A model generated the notes under the pieces. It had not been told where the DNA came from, did no database searches, and was given only the letters and a program-made list of their open reading frames with translations. The position numbers were made by a program, and so were the translations under genes. Positions 61,953-64,000 of a DNA stretch of 64,000 bases are shown in pieces. Location of the stretch: assembly GCA_030390025.1 (NCBI GenBank), contig CM059425.1, positions 260,400,001 through 260,464,000 of the forward strand. The letters are read 5' to 3'. Source of the DNA: Squalus acanthias. Taxonomy: Eukaryota. Position 1 is the first letter of the stretch, and each line of letters starts with the position of its first letter.

Positions 61953-64000
61953 AGCAAAATACTGCGGATGCTGGAAATCTGAAATAACAACAGAAAACGC
62001 TGGAAAAACTCAGCAGGCCAGGCAGCATCCGTGGAGAGAGAAAGAGAGTTAACGTTTCAGGTCGATGACCTTTCGTCAGAACTGTGAAGAGCCGGAAATC
62101 AAATAGATTTAAGGCCAGAGTAAAGCTGGGAAAAGGGGGAGGGGATAAAAGAACAAAGGGGGAGATGAAGAGACATTAAGAGACATTAAGAGATATGCAA
62201 GGCTAGAGGTGGTGTTAATGTGACAGATTAAGGCTGAAAGAAGTGTGAAATCCACTGGCAGAATGAAGGACAGCTGCCAGCTTCTAGGAGGAAAAAAAAG
62301 GTGGGGGGGGCAAATAAAAGGGTGGAAAAAATAAAATATAAATGTGATTGGAGCTGAGGTTATGATCTAAAATTGTTGAACTCGATATTGAGTCCAGAGG
62401 GCTGTAGCGTGCCTAAACGAAAGATGAGGTGCTGTTCCTCGAGCTTACGCTGCGCTTCCGTGGAACAGTGTAATAGGCCGAGGACGGTGAGGTCAGAGTG
62501 GGAGTGAAGCGGTGAATTAAAGTGACAGGCCACCGGGAGCTCGGAGTCCCCCTTACGGACTGAACGGAGGTGTTCCGCAAAGCGGTCACCCAATCTGCGT
62601 TTGGTCTCCCCAATGTAGAGGAGACCACATCGTGAGCAGCGAATACAGTATACTAAATTGCAGGAAGTACAAGTAAATCGCTGTTTCACCTGGAAGGGGT
62701 GTTTGGGGCCCTGGACAGTGGGAAGAGGGGAGGTGTAAGGGCATGTGTTGCATCTCCTGCGCGTGCACGGGAAGGTGCCGGGCGAAGGGGAAGGGGTGCT
62801 GGGGGTGGTAGAGGAGTGGACTAGGGTGTCGCGGAGGGAGCGGTCCCTGCGGAATGCTGAAAGGGGAGGTGAGGGGAAGATGTGTTTGGTGGTGGGATCA
62901 CGCTGGAGGTGGCGGAAATGGCGGAGGATGATCCGTTGAATGTGGAGGCTGGTGGGGTGAAAGGCGAGGACAAGTGGAACCCTATCGTGGTTCCGGGAGG
63001 GAGGGGCAGGGGTGAGGGCAGAAGTGCGGGAGATAGAACGGACACGGGCGAGGGCCGTGTCGACCACGGTAGAGGGGAATCCTCGGTTGAGGAAAAAGGA
63101 AGACATGTCGGAAGCACTGGTATGGAAGGTGGCATCATCAGAGCAGATGCGGCGGAGACGGAGAAACTGGGAGAATGGAATAGAGTCCTTACAGGAGGCG
63201 GGGTGGGAGGAAGTGTAGTCCAGGTAGCTGTGGGAGTCAGTGGGCTTGTAGTGAATGTTAGTCAATAACCTATCCCCAGAGATGGAGATGGAGAAGTCGA
63301 GGAAGGGAAGGGAAGAGTCGGAGATGGACCATGTGAAGGTGAGGGAAGGGTGGAAATTGGAAGCATAGTGAATGAAATGTTCTAGTTCAGGGCGAGAGCA
63401 GGAGACGGCACGATACAGTCATCAATGTACCGGAAAAAGAGGTGAGGGAGGGGTCCCGAGTAGGACTGGAACAAAGAGTGTTCCACATATCCCACGAAAA
63501 GGCAGGCATAGCTAGGACCCATGCGGGTACCCATAGCAACACCTTTAATTTGGAGGAAATGGGTAGAGTCAAAGGAGAAGTTGTTCAATGTGAGAACAAG
63601 TTCAGCCAGGCGGAGGAGGGTGGTGGTGGATGGGGACTGGTTGGGCCTCTGTTCAAGGAAGAAGCGGAGCGCCCTCAGGCCATCCTGGTGGGGGATGGAG
63701 GTGTAGAGGGATTGTACGTCCATAGTGAAGAGGAGACGGTTGGGGCCGGGAAACTGGAAACTGTTAAAATGGCGGAGGGCATCGGAAGAGTCGCGGATGT
63801 AGGTGGGAAGAGACTGGACAAGGGGAGAAAAAATAGAGTCGAGATAGGAAGAGATAAGTTCCGTGGGGCAAGAATAGGCTGAAATGATGGGTCTCCCGGG
63901 GCAGTCCTGTTTGTGGATCTTGGGAAGGAGGTAGAAGCAGGCTGTGCACGGTTGGGGAACTATGAGGTTGGCGGCCGTGGGGGGAAGATCTCCAGAGGAG
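61953..64000 (-). mobile_element. Penelope-like element (younger copy; continues beyond the window)
   Basis: ORF 63382..63723 (RT, RYIDD) and 62360..63265 (thumb plus GIY-YIG ending GLN); pLTR 61953-62360. Confidence 0.93.
62047..62083 (-). ncRNA. Minimal hammerhead ribozyme in a Penelope pLTR
   Basis: agtt-CTGACGA-a-aggtc-atc-gacct-GAAA-cgt-t-aact; perfect stem II. Confidence 0.72.

Overview
Repeat-rich vertebrate genomic DNA, most likely from a cartilaginous fish (inferred from the CR1, V-SINE, Deu-SINE and Penelope repeat content). About 80% is mobile elements: nested CR1 LINEs, Penelope-like elements carrying minimal hammerhead ribozymes, solo LTRs, MITEs and SINEs. The host content is a tandem duplication carrying two minus-strand Siglec-15-like Ig-superfamily receptor genes with an unusual leader-V-V-C2-TM layout, an Arg in the transmembrane segment and a short Tyr-free tail. 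Copy A (8058-11619) splices into an intact protein of about 419 aa, but both V domains have His at the sialic-acid-binding Arg position. Copy B (27633-33448) keeps that Arg in V1, but has a 1-nt frameshift just before it and has lost a splice donor. V1 and the TM are highly divergent between the copies while the introns are nearly identical. A truncated third repeat unit and the junction at about 4.6 kb suggest the array continues left of the window. A weak candidate for a second spliced gene lies at about 48.3-53.7 kb. All calls were made by eye; no database searches were run.
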